In this document: piece by piece, positions 1 to 8,746 of the stretch
How positions within the stretch are numbered: the first letter of the stretch is position 1
How the letters are laid out: every line of letters starts with the position of its first letter
Assembly (NCBI GenBank): GCA_002794465.1
Contig: MTSL01000195.1
Span: 1,678 to 16,533, forward strand
Direction of reading: 5' to 3'
DNA length: 14,856 nucleotides
Source of the DNA: Paramicrosporidium saccamoebae KSL3
Taxonomy: Eukaryota; Fungi; Cryptomycota
Notes under the pieces: model-generated
What the model was told of the DNA's origin: nothing
Seen by the model: only the letters and a program-made list of their open reading frames with translations
Database searches by the model: none
Program-made: the position numbers and the translations under genes

Positions 1-170
1 CGCCATGCCTCCATTGTGGGGACATTGAACTTTTTCGCAATCACTGCTTCTATTCCTGAAAGGGTCAGTCTCTGAAGTCTTCTTGTTGATGGAATTTTTC
101 CATTCTTAAACAATACGGCGGATGCAACACTACTGAACACGATTAATAGGAGCCATAAGAAAGACTCCAT
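1..170 (-). CDS. N-terminal part of a predicted secreted or membrane hypothetical protein; runs off the left edge
   Basis: ATG at 170 (minus) opens 56 stop-free codons to the edge: MESFLWLLLIVFSSVASA-VLFKNGKIPSTRRLQRLTLSGIEAVIAKKFNVPTMEAW. The hydrophobic core ending ASA looks like a signal peptide. Absent from the ORF track because there is no stop in the window. Confidence 0.55.
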   Translation of the reverse strand, partial: MESFLWLLLIVFSSVASAVLFKNGKIPSTRRLQRLTLSGIEAVIAKKFNVPTMEAW

Positions 171-429
171 TGACTCTGACACTTGCGGCGATAATTGACG
201 TTAGCTGCGTGAGGGCTAAGAAAAGAGCCAAGGGAGTCTATTGTCCTGCGGCGTCACAATAACCTACGTACGGACTAACCGGGAGCTGATTTTATTAAAT
301 ATCACCCGTAATCTATGGGATTGGCTCTCCCGCCTGATTGTGGTGATCAATGGAGGACTATTTTTCCTCAAACATGGCGAGTTGATCCGCCGTGTAGCAG
401 TTATTAAGGGAACGCGGCGAATATATTCA

Positions 430-2736
430 TTAATTGATGGTAAGAGTTAAGCAATATGCAAGATGAAGCCACGGCAGATGATACGTCTGGTTTAGCTTAA
501 TCGATAAGACATACATTACAATGAGGGCATTGTAATGCTTCTTGGTGCGGAACCTTTTAAAACGTGACATGAAGATTGTGACCAGCAGAATAATACTTTC
601 TATAGACCAACCCGGTCTCAACTCATTTTTGACGACTTGAGAAACGCCAATTTCTTGACTTAGGACCAGTATATTCCTTACTTGTGCAGACACGACAAGT
701 ATCGATCCAATGTTGGCAAGTACTGCCGTCAAGGGCATTTCACAGAGTGAAATGTAAAAGACGGCCAGTAGCCCGTTTCGTAATGAATCAGTGATTGGCA
801 AAAGTAGCATTATGAACATTGCAATCGAGGCCTGTCTCAACGACGGCCTTAAAGTCCACCACTCAGACGTACGATTCGCTGCTGCTATGAAGGCGGTGAT
901 ACTGAAGAGGAGTACGGCGTAAAGTGCAAGTTCCATCAGACTAGATTGGTGAATGATCCAAAATCTGCAAATCATCATTAGGGCGGTCCCCCAGGCCGAG
1001 AGGGAGCGCAGTGATGTAGATATCAAAAAAAGGCTGAGTAAGAGCTCCTGAGGATGGGAAATTACAATGGAGGTGAGAGTTTCAAGGAGATTAATCCGCA
1101 ATCGGGCATCTCTTACTTCTCCATTCGATGACACAAGCTCGACTATCATAGTATCTGGATAGATCGTGATAGATTTGTCCTCACCAGATGACAGGGTCGG
1201 AAAGTGCGCCCTACCTTTTTTATCAACGGCTCTAACCAAGACGGACTCATCGGCATGGATATTTAACACTACGGGCAGTGTCCAGTGCCCTCGTAAACTG
1301 ATGGCAGTTTGACCATTGGTCTGAAAAGACTGTGGCCATAATAAAGTGTCTAAACGTAAAGTCTCGTGATATGTGTCCTTTGATAAGGATAGGATCGTTG
1401 TTGACCTGGATGACTGTAAATCTTCAAAAGATTCATCTTGTATCTGAATATCCCAAACTTCAGGAGACATCCCAAACCGATTGTCCGAATCACACTTTAA
1501 TACCACCAGTAAGTCTCCAGCATGATTGCCGGATATCCTTGTAATGGTCTCGGTTAATTGTGTCCTGGCATTGGTGGTAGTGTCAAGACTATAGGTCCTC
1601 CCTGGATACTTTTGAATTACTAGTGCCGTGCTTCTGGGATCCTTAATCTGAATCTTGCCGCTTTGTTCTGAAATGTGGGATCCTATATGTATGCTGAATT
1701 GCTCGGGAAACTGTTCATTTGTGATGATTGAAAACGCTCCCTGGGCTTTTGTAATTATACACGCCGTTTTCTTTTCTAGGCCACAAACGTCACCATGAGT
1801 GAAATTGTCCTTGTAAAGAATGGTTTCACACTGGACCGCATTCGATAAGGTACTATCCACTTGAACTGAATCTTCGTCTAGCATTCTCCCGTAGCTGGAA
1901 TCATCGCTACCCAGGGCCAGTCGGAAAAGTTTGGCTAGCCTCTTTAAAAGTCCTCGCTCCCACACCATTGCTTGGTGGTTCGGATCTGACCAATTTGGGG
2001 ACAGCTGATCTACCCGGACCTCTTTAAAAACCTCTGGCAAAGGTGATATTTCTACTGGAACTAGGATGTCTGACGAACTAGGAAGCACAGAGATTGACCT
2101 ATCGAATCGGTGGTTTGAAATTTCCGTGTATAGAGTGTCCATTCTCCTGGTCGTGACTAGTGGCGCGCGCTTGTGCGGTGATGCAATAGTAACCAAGAAC
2201 GCCTGATGTTGCTGGAGTGCGTAATTTTTCAAATTCGGAAGCAGTCGAGCAATTATGCCTCCGAAGCTGTGTCCCACTAGACCAATGCTCTTTTTTGAAG
2301 GATACTCTGCCAGCAAAAATTGAAGGGCGTCATTGACATAGACAGACTGTTGCTCCAACAACCCAGGTAGAAATGCAACAAATTCTTGCCGAAAGTCTAC
2401 CGCAAAAAAATCATAGCAATCAACACCCGGTGAGGCGATGGTTGCCGAGGCAAAGCTGCGTACCTGCCGATAACTGCCAGAACACCCAGGGATAAATAGC
2501 ACAGGGAAGCATCCCGGCTGCTCGTTTCTTCCAAATTCATTATACTTGAATAGTCGGTATTTGTAAGAATACTCCGATACAACCTGACTAGAATAGTCCG
2601 TGTAGCCTGGCGCCATAATACTCATCTCGCATCGAATGCAACGTTTGCCTCGTCGGAGTACATTCAGCACTAACAATATGAGAAGGACTGAGCAGAGAGT
2701 AGAAAGTATAGAGCTTGCACGAACGATCCTGTTCAT
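430..2736 (-). CDS. BST1: GPI inositol-deacylase (PGAP1/Bst1 family), 768 aa, no intron needed
   Basis: N-terminal signal-anchor, then CEMSIMAPGY, PVLFIPGCSGSYRQVRS, DFFAVDF, lipase-type nucleophile motif LVGHSFGGIIAR and VTIASPH. Several C-terminal hydrophobic helices. This matches the PGAP1/Bst1 layout. Confidence 0.9.
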   Translation of the reverse strand: MNRIVRASSILSTLCSVLLILLVLNVLRRGKRCIRCEMSIMAPGYTDYSSQVVSEYSYKYRLFKYNEFGRNEQPGCFPVLFIPGCSGSYRQVRSFASATIASPGVDCYDFFAVDFRQEFVAFLPGLLEQQSVYVNDALQFLLAEYPSKKSIGLVGHSFGGIIARLLPNLKNYALQQHQAFLVTIASPHKRAPLVTTRRMDTLYTEISNHRFDRSISVLPSSSDILVPVEISPLPEVFKEVRVDQLSPNWSDPNHQAMVWERGLLKRLAKLFRLALGSDDSSYGRMLDEDSVQVDSTLSNAVQCETILYKDNFTHGDVCGLEKKTACIITKAQGAFSIITNEQFPEQFSIHIGSHISEQSGKIQIKDPRSTALVIQKYPGRTYSLDTTTNARTQLTETITRISGNHAGDLLVVLKCDSDNRFGMSPEVWDIQIQDESFEDLQSSRSTTILSLSKDTYHETLRLDTLLWPQSFQTNGQTAISLRGHWTLPVVLNIHADESVLVRAVDKKGRAHFPTLSSGEDKSITIYPDTMIVELVSSNGEVRDARLRINLLETLTSIVISHPQELLLSLFLISTSLRSLSAWGTALMMICRFWIIHQSSLMELALYAVLLFSITAFIAAANRTSEWWTLRPSLRQASIAMFIMLLLPITDSLRNGLLAVFYISLCEMPLTAVLANIGSILVVSAQVRNILVLSQEIGVSQVVKNELRPGWSIESIILLVTIFMSRFKRFRTKKHYNALIVMYVLSIKLNQTYHLPWLHLAYCLTLTIN

Positions 2737-3115
2737 AATTTACTGCATTGAGAATTGTGAGAGTGTATCTACAGGCCAGGGATTTGCTGGTGGACAGAGA
2801 TGCCCCTTTCAAATAAGTGATGTGAGCTTACAAGTAACGGCCCACGATTGAATCTCCAGTCCATAAATATACTACCTCAGCCGTGACACCTCGCCGCAAT
2901 CGATTAATCATCAACAAGCTGCCTAACGATGATTCCACCACACAGCAACTATCGCGATTGAGACTAGCAACCATAGGCGAATACTGCTCAACCGACTGTG
3001 CTAAACAGCATCCACTTGTCGCATAGTGGGGATAAATAGTATGGACTGTCAAGCGGGGAAGAGGGGTTTGTTCACTGCTAATCCTAGAATAGTATGGATG
3101 CACATCTCACTGTCC

Positions 3116-3217
3116 TCAAATACCCAGCAACTAATCAACCCTCTGCCTCTACGTCAAATACCCGACTAATCAATCCTCTGCCTCTACGTCAAATACCCAA
3201 CTAATCAGCCTTCTACG
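3116..3217. repeat. Degenerate tandem repeat, 3 units of 38/35/29 bp, intergenic
   Basis: 3116-3153 tcaaatacccagcaactaatcaaccctctgcctctacg; 3154-3188 tcaaatacccgactaatcaatcctctgcctctacg; 3189-3217 tcaaatacccaactaatcagccttctacg. Confidence 0.9.
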
Positions 3218-3346
3218 CCACACACTTATTATTGGTGAGTCCGACCCAGATAGCGGTCCCACAGTCCAGTCTGGTTATACTAAGAGTGGTTACCTATAAA
3301 GAAGCCATATGCTTTACTAAAAGTAAGCTCGCCCATCCACAGTCTC

Positions 3347-3352
3347 TTTATT
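3347..3352 (-). promoter_or_regulatory. Putative polyadenylation signal AATAAA of the 749-aa orphan gene
   Basis: tttatt on the plus strand, 27 nt downstream of the stop at 3380. Confidence 0.45.
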
Positions 3353-3379
3353 GGAATCCTTGATTCGTGATATACCATC

Positions 3380-5629
3380 TCACAGCTGGTCTAATGTTTG
3401 GGAACGGCATCTTATAAAGGTGTAAACGCCCAACCCGAAGAGGGCGAGGCACGACAGTCCAGCTGCCGCAAAAAGGAGCAAAGTCTTCCAACCGAATGGA
3501 CTGGTGCTAATTCGAAGAGACACCAGATCACGCTGACTCGGCTTCATTTCAGCAAGGTAAGGTTTGAGTGCCTGGGCTGCAGTGCGATCCACTACAGCGC
3601 CCAGTGCTTCGATTTGTAGAGGCGAGAGAGATAGGGCAGCTTCCCTAGTTAGACAGGCAACTTGTTCATAGTCCCAATACTTTAAAGAATTATTGGGAAT
3701 GGCCTCGATCTGCAGGGCTCTCAAGCCACGAAATGCGTCAGATGGGATTTGTGGCCATTGCTTGATAGTTATGAGGGCTACCCTTTTGGGATCCCAGGTG
3801 GAAATGATTGACTTTTTCAGCAAGCTGAATGCATGCCTCTTCCCGGAACTAGTCTCTTTGGATACCGATTCCAAGTGGCTGTCGGGTATCGACTCCCATT
3901 TGAGCTCTCCAAAGGTGCTAGCACATAGTTTTGTCAATACGTCTGCAGGCATGGCCGAGATATCTGTACTCGTTATGACCTTTTTGACCTTTAGCTCTAG
4001 GAAGCAGTCTCTTGAAATTGACCCCTTCGCTCCCAGGGAAAGGAGCTTGAAGAATGTTGGACTCATATTTTTGCAAAACGACTCTTTGCTAACAAGGAGT
4101 TTCAAAATGTCAAACGTTATTAGAGGAACAATGTCACTCTGATGCTCGACTGTACCGCGAACAATATTGTCCATATTCTGGAGAACCCAGACACGAATAT
4201 TCTTTTTTCCCTCAGCATATCGGATTGTAAATTGGAGTGATTTAACACACTCCTCTGTCATATGATCTACAAACCATCTTTCCAGGAGCAGAGTAGCCGC
4301 ATTGGGTATCGAAGAACAGGCGTGATCGCTGCTTTCAGTGCTCAGATTCTTGATCAGAACAACAGAGTCCTTGCCAAGTACAGAGAGGACCTGGAATCCG
4401 CGCAAAACCTTTCCTTTCGTCTCCAATCTCCAATTTGACATCATCTGGTCATTCACCATTGCTAAAATGTCCGCTGGAGGAGACTTTATGCCCGCTATTA
4501 CCATGGGCTGCAGTGTGGTAGAGAGTTTGGAAAAGCAGCTTTTGTTAATCTTGACTGTAGATGATAGTTGCAGTTTCGCTCCGCGACTGATGTAGGAGCA
4601 CGCTTCCGACACCTGGAAGATATTGCCTAATAGTGTACCTCCGATATGCTTATAGTCATTAGAATGGATGCCTCTGATCAGTTTCGGATCAGATTTCAAT
4701 GTCATTCCGAGGATTGTACTACTGAAATGGCGCCACAGATCATTTAGGCTTGTAGGTCGCCCTTCATCGCTGGACTTTAAGTAGTTATGCAGGCACTTTT
4801 CGCCCAAGCCGGAAGCTGCAGTGGAAGACAGGTGCTCAATTTTCAATTTTAAGCAGACATTTGGCGAAGCTTCAAGCCTGCGGATCTGCTCTCGGGTAAT
4901 GTTAGAGACTGTGGGAGCAGTAAGAGGGCTGGATAGTTTTGTAAGGATGTCGTCACGAAAGCTTGACAAGTTTTCCATGTCAGTCCTTTGGATGTTCTTT
5001 AGCTTTGTGAAACATCTGGCAGTCACTAGTCTTCGGGTGGGTCCGTCAGCAATCTCATTAATTAGGGACGCATCGATATATTTGCAAATATTGGGATCGT
5101 CCAAGGCCGCTCTGGTCGCTTTGGCGCTCATTCCGAATAGCTCTTCCCCCATTTCCATTGCCAGTTGCGGATGGGTCTTGAAGATTTCCACAGGAAGCGC
5201 CTCTAACACGTGTTTTCGCTCCTTGGCCAGTCCTACCAGTTCTTGAGAGCAGCGATGGCGAGCATGAGAAAAACTAACAGGGTTAAGATTAATCCCAAGA
5301 CCAAGAAATAGACAAACGCCCTTCTTCCTGATGAGTTCCACATCTTCACGTCTGATATTGGAAAAAAATGTCTTGGCCACGCTAGCGTCTTTCCAGTTTG
5401 GAGAATGATCAGAATCTGCAGCAGATTCAATAAAATGTTCCATGAATTTTCTGGCATGGCGTGACTTCATTTTCCGAAAGAAATCGGCCGTATGCAAGTA
5501 CCAATTTTTGGGAGAAAACAGCTTTCCAGACAGGTCAAAGTTTTCCAGAAAAGCATTCTGATCTTTTTCAACATCAGCATACTCTCCATGCACAACACTC
5601 AAAAATGTGAGAAGAGGGAAGAGATTCAT
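3380..5629 (-). CDS. Orphan type I membrane (surface) protein with Cys-paired and 16-aa helical repeats, 749 aa
   Basis: Long open frame. The first ATG (5629; the track's GTG start at 5677 is a prokaryotic-style call) gives the signal peptide MNLFPLLTFLSVVHG-E. C-terminal TM segment WKTLLLFAAAGLSCLALFGLGVYTFI, then a short tail RCRSQTLDQL. I recognise no family. Confidence 0.8.
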   Translation of the reverse strand: MNLFPLLTFLSVVHGEYADVEKDQNAFLENFDLSGKLFSPKNWYLHTADFFRKMKSRHARKFMEHFIESAADSDHSPNWKDASVAKTFFSNIRREDVELIRKKGVCLFLGLGINLNPVSFSHARHRCSQELVGLAKERKHVLEALPVEIFKTHPQLAMEMGEELFGMSAKATRAALDDPNICKYIDASLINEIADGPTRRLVTARCFTKLKNIQRTDMENLSSFRDDILTKLSSPLTAPTVSNITREQIRRLEASPNVCLKLKIEHLSSTAASGLGEKCLHNYLKSSDEGRPTSLNDLWRHFSSTILGMTLKSDPKLIRGIHSNDYKHIGGTLLGNIFQVSEACSYISRGAKLQLSSTVKINKSCFSKLSTTLQPMVIAGIKSPPADILAMVNDQMMSNWRLETKGKVLRGFQVLSVLGKDSVVLIKNLSTESSDHACSSIPNAATLLLERWFVDHMTEECVKSLQFTIRYAEGKKNIRVWVLQNMDNIVRGTVEHQSDIVPLITFDILKLLVSKESFCKNMSPTFFKLLSLGAKGSISRDCFLELKVKKVITSTDISAMPADVLTKLCASTFGELKWESIPDSHLESVSKETSSGKRHAFSLLKKSIISTWDPKRVALITIKQWPQIPSDAFRGLRALQIEAIPNNSLKYWDYEQVACLTREAALSLSPLQIEALGAVVDRTAAQALKPYLAEMKPSQRDLVSLRISTSPFGWKTLLLFAAAGLSCLALFGLGVYTFIRCRSQTLDQL

Positions 5630-5761
5630 GCTGAAAAGTCGAGAGACCAATTGTTGAGAAACTGGTCCTACTACCACACCAGATCCGGGGGCTGATTTGG
5701 TGGCGATGAATGGCTGCCGGCGGATTAAGTTTATTTAATTTTTTTCATTTTCCGATACTAC

Positions 5762-6645
5762 ATGGTCCTTGCTCGATATTTTTCCAAGTCCGTTCTTCGA
5801 GGACGCCCTGTATCCGGTACAAACATTAGAGCGTTGTTCTCTACGCAGCCTAATGAAATCCCACAAGAAACTGGGAATAAGGCACTGCCTTATCAAGCGA
5901 TATAACCTTAGATTCCCGCATGGAAGGCCCTCGGCTTTACTGCCCTTTGTGGTGCTGGCCTTTTATTCTACTTTAATAGTGAGAAGAAGCGTATTGAAAG
6001 AAATCGTACAGCAATGTTTTTGGCTGACCCGTTAGAAAAATTAGAGGCTGCAGGTTCGGTGGGAACTCCGAAGCTCGGCGGTCCGCTGCAGTTAATTGAC
6101 CAGAATGGGAACCCGTTTAATAGCAATGACATCAAAGACAAGTTCATGTTGGTATATTTTGGATTTACCCATTGTCCTGATATCTGTCCTGAAGAGTTGG
6201 ACCGAATGGGAAAAATTATCGATATTATTGGTATGTGCCCCTGGAAGGTTTAACTTGAAGATAAGGGAGACACAACGACAAAGGTCCTCCCTGTATTTGT
6301 TACTGTCGATCCTGATCGTGACGGACCCAAAGAAATACGCGATTATCTAAAAGGTCGGTTCGCTAGGCCGTGTCTGATTGTATAGACTTTCATCCCTCTT
6401 TCGTGGGCCTGACGGGCCCCAAGGAAGACATTAAAGCTGCCGCCAGAAATTATAGAGTATACTTTCGACCTGCTAGGACCGGAGGCACCGCGGCGGCTAA
6501 AGATTATTTAGTGGATCATTCAATATTCTTTTTCCTTATCGATCCAAAAGGAAAATACGTGACACACTTTGGACGCGAATCATCGCCGGAGAGAAGTGCC
6601 AAAATGATTTTAGACGCTCTAGATTCTTGGGACATTTTGCAATAA
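5762..6645 (+). CDS. SCO1: Cytochrome c oxidase copper chaperone Sco1, 5 exons (5762-5881, 5912-6005, 6036-6230, 6261-6353, 6386-6645), 253 aa
   Basis: Spliced 762-nt frame gives presequence MVLARYFSKSVLRGRPVSG, TM WKALGFTALCGAGLLFYF, LGGPLQLIDQNG, the CxxxC motif YFGFTHCPDICPEEL, VFVTVDPDRD, DFHPSFVGLTG and the conserved His in DYLVDHS. All splice phases are consistent. Confidence 0.92.
5882..5911 (+). other. SCO1 intron 1, 30 nt, non-canonical GC-AG
   Basis: AAG|gcactgccttatcaagcgatataaccttag|ATT. It contains in-frame TAA and TAG, so it must be removed. No nearby GT donor gives the right phase. Confidence 0.7.
6006..6035 (+). other. SCO1 intron 2, 30 nt, GT-AG, in frame and stop-free
   Basis: gtacagcaatgtttttggctgacccgttag, with CTGAC branch motif at -12..-8. 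Removal restores the usual EK-to-GGP spacing of Sco1. Confidence 0.7.
6231..6260 (+). other. SCO1 intron 3, 30 nt, GT-AG
   Basis: gtatgtgcccctggaaggtttaacttgaag; contains an in-frame TAA. Joins DII-G|AT-KGD. Confidence 0.85.
6354..6385 (+). other. SCO1 intron 4, 32 nt, GT-AG
   Basis: gtcggttcgctaggccgtgtctgattgtatag. Restores the conserved YLK-D-FHP. Confidence 0.88.
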
Positions 6646-6768
6646 CAAATTTGGATAGTGTGAGATTGGTAATAATGTTGCATGGTGGAATCTTTATCTT
6701 TAGCTTGTTAGTTGCACTATCTCACAGGTAGAGATGGCTTGCCACAGACCCCCCTACTCTACGAGGGC

Positions 6769-6773
6769 AAAAA
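6769..6773 (-). terminator. RNA polymerase III terminator (T5) of the tRNA-Pro gene
   Basis: aaaaa on the plus strand reads TTTTT on the minus strand, 2 nt after the discriminator base. Confidence 0.75.
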
Positions 6774-6775
6774 GA

Positions 6776-6847
6776 GGGCCACTCCGAGAATCGAACTCGG
6801 GACCTCTCGCACCCTAAGCGAGAATTATACCACTAAACCAAGTGGCC
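6776..6847 (-). tRNA. tRNA-Pro, anticodon AGG, 72 nt, no intron
   Basis: GGCCACTTGGTTTAGTGGTATAATTCTCGCTTAGGGTGCGAGAGGTCCCGAGTTCGATTCTCGGAGTGGCCC. Perfect 7-bp acceptor stem, anticodon arm CTCGC-TTAGGGT-GCGAG, T-loop TTCGATT, C73 discriminator, no encoded CCA. Confidence 0.97.
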
Positions 6848-7040
6848 TTGCATGTGGGCCGTCTTGTAATACTTTGGAACTGAAGAACTAAACCTTCTAT
6901 CACTTTATGGCGTCTTTTACGTCGCCACCCTTAACATGGCGGGCATCTATATCTTATGGGATAGCTTTCTGGCTCGAGTCCACCGGTCATTAGCAGATAC
7001 TGTCTAACATTCTGGGCGTTTCACACTGCCATAGCATGGT

Positions 7041-8583
7041 ATGCTTGTCCCAATTGTCAGGTTACTGTCAAGAAAACATCTCTTGGCAACTGCTCGGCCC
7101 AATCCCTATTGGGGATCTTACTCGGGTGTTGTCTTACCTAAAAGGGAAATGCCCAATGATTGTTGTAAAGGCATGAGAGGCCCCAACTCTTCTTGGGTAG
7201 ACCTCGCTGACATGCCTTCCTCTGTCAATAATAGCATTCCTGTGGACCTTTTGAAAACCTTTAGGCAAAGCTTCAGGGCCAATCCTCAGAACCTTCTTGC
7301 AATGAACGCAATTAGCAACAACGACATGGCGTCAGTGATCCTCAACCGAGACCTCCCCATGGACACCTATCACGTGTACTCTGAGAAATTGGACACTGAG
7401 ACCAAGGTGACTAACCAGAAAGCCTCGGGCCGCTGTTGGCTTTTCGCGGCTATGAACGTCTTGCGTCTTGGGTTAATGAAACGTTACAATCTCGAAGAGT
7501 TTGAGTTTTCGCAGGCCTATCTCTTCTGGTTCGACAAATTAGAAAAGAGCAATTGGTTTCTTGAGAAAATCCTCAGCACTTTGGGAGAAGATCTTGATGG
7601 CCGCCTTATACAGTTTCTACTAAAGGACCCAGTGCAAGATGGCGGACAATGGGACATGGCCGTTAACCTTATCAACAAATACGGCCTCGTTCCGAAGAGT
7701 GTCTTTCCTGAGAGTGCTCACAGTGGAAATTCGCGTCAAATGAACTGGCTTATCACTGTCAAGCTCCGAGAATTTGCGCGTGAGCTGCGTCTGATGAACT
7801 CGAATGGCGTGCCCATGGAAGAAATACGCACCGCCAAAAACAAAATGTTAGGAGATATTTACACCATCTTGGCCGTCACAATGGGGGAACCACCAGTAAA
7901 ATTTGACTGGAATTTCCGTAACAAAGATAAGAAATTCCAGTCTTTCAAAGAACTAACTCCGCTTGTCTTTCTGAAAGAGCATGTTTCCAACGTCGTTTCC
8001 AATTCAGTCTCTCTCATCCATGATCCGCGACATGAGTATGGACAGTTATATACCGTCGAACACCTTGGAAATGTTGTTGGTGGCCAGCCCGTCCTCTATA
8101 TAAACCTGCCAATAGAAGAGCTGAAGAGAGTTGCCCTTGAAGCTCTCAAAGATAACAATTCAGTCTGGTTTGGATGTGATGTTGGAAAGTTCTGCAATCG
8201 CAAGGGCGGCGTTATGGATATTCAAATGTTTGATTACAAAAGTGCATTCGGAGTCGAATTGGGCTTGACCAAGGCTGACCGGCTTTATTACGGAGAAAGT
8301 ATGATGACGCATGCCATGGCTATTAACGGAGTTCATTTGGAAGAGAATGTACCCCTCAGATGGCGCATCGAGAATTCGTGGGGAGAGGACAATGGAGAAA
8401 AGGGATTTTATTGCATGACTGATGAATGGTTCACCGAGTATGTCTATCAGGTTGTGGTGGATGAAAAGTATCTGACAGATGAACAAGAAAAAATTCTGGA
8501 ACAAGAGCCTATTGCTCTTCCCCCTTGGGTACTGGATGTTATCACTACTAAATCTGTAGGATCCTCTTGGAGCGCTCGCTTGA
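7041..8583 (+). CDS. LAP3: Bleomycin hydrolase / cysteine aminopeptidase (peptidase C1B), 2 exons (7041 or 7212..8528; 8560..8583), 503 or 446 aa
   Basis: Catalytic motifs NQKASGRCWLFA (Cys), MTHAM (His) and IENSWG (Asn). Splicing gives the family C-terminus PIALPPW-DPLGALA*. The 568-aa track ORF is the unspliced read-through. Confidence 0.92.
8529..8559 (+). other. LAP3 intron, 31 nt, GT-AG, phase 0
   Basis: gtactggatgttatcactactaaatctgtag, with CTAA at -12..-9. The exon after it encodes DPLGALA*. Confidence 0.9.
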
Positions 8584-8591
8584 ATGGAACT

Positions 8592-8597
8592 AATAAA
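8592..8597 (+). promoter_or_regulatory. Putative polyadenylation signal AATAAA of LAP3
   Basis: 8 nt after the spliced stop TGA (8581-8583); independently supports the spliced model. Confidence 0.55.
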
Positions 8598-8746
8598 AAC
8601 TGCTATTGCGCGGCTGATAGGATGCGATTAATGAACACGCTTATGAACTACTATGCGGATATGGAACATGATGTAACGAGTAAGACATGGCCACAAGACA
8701 ATATGACGAACCAATACTCCGATGAAAAGAATAAAGGCTATTTTTG

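Noticed and set aside
2794-2800. U6-like ACAGAGA box
   Set aside because: Not followed by AGATTAGC or the U6 internal stem-loop; a 7-mer is expected by chance.
2828-3103. 91-aa minus-strand ORF and an overlapping ATG-less 62-codon plus-strand frame (2838-3026) in the long gap
   Set aside because: No recognisable motif, no signal peptide, and no convincing splice partner for the plus frame. A decayed gene cannot be excluded.
6908-6941. U5-like GTCTTTTAC in a tggcg/cgcca hairpin, with an alternative cgcca/tggcg pairing, upstream of the tRNA
   Set aside because: Mismatch in the invariant loop, only 5-bp stems, no canonical Sm site or long U5 stem. An Infernal RF00020 search would settle it.
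7165-7200. Possible 36-nt in-frame GT-AG intron in the LAP3 N-terminal extension
   Set aside because: No YTRA branch motif near -9 and no frame or homology need for splicing.
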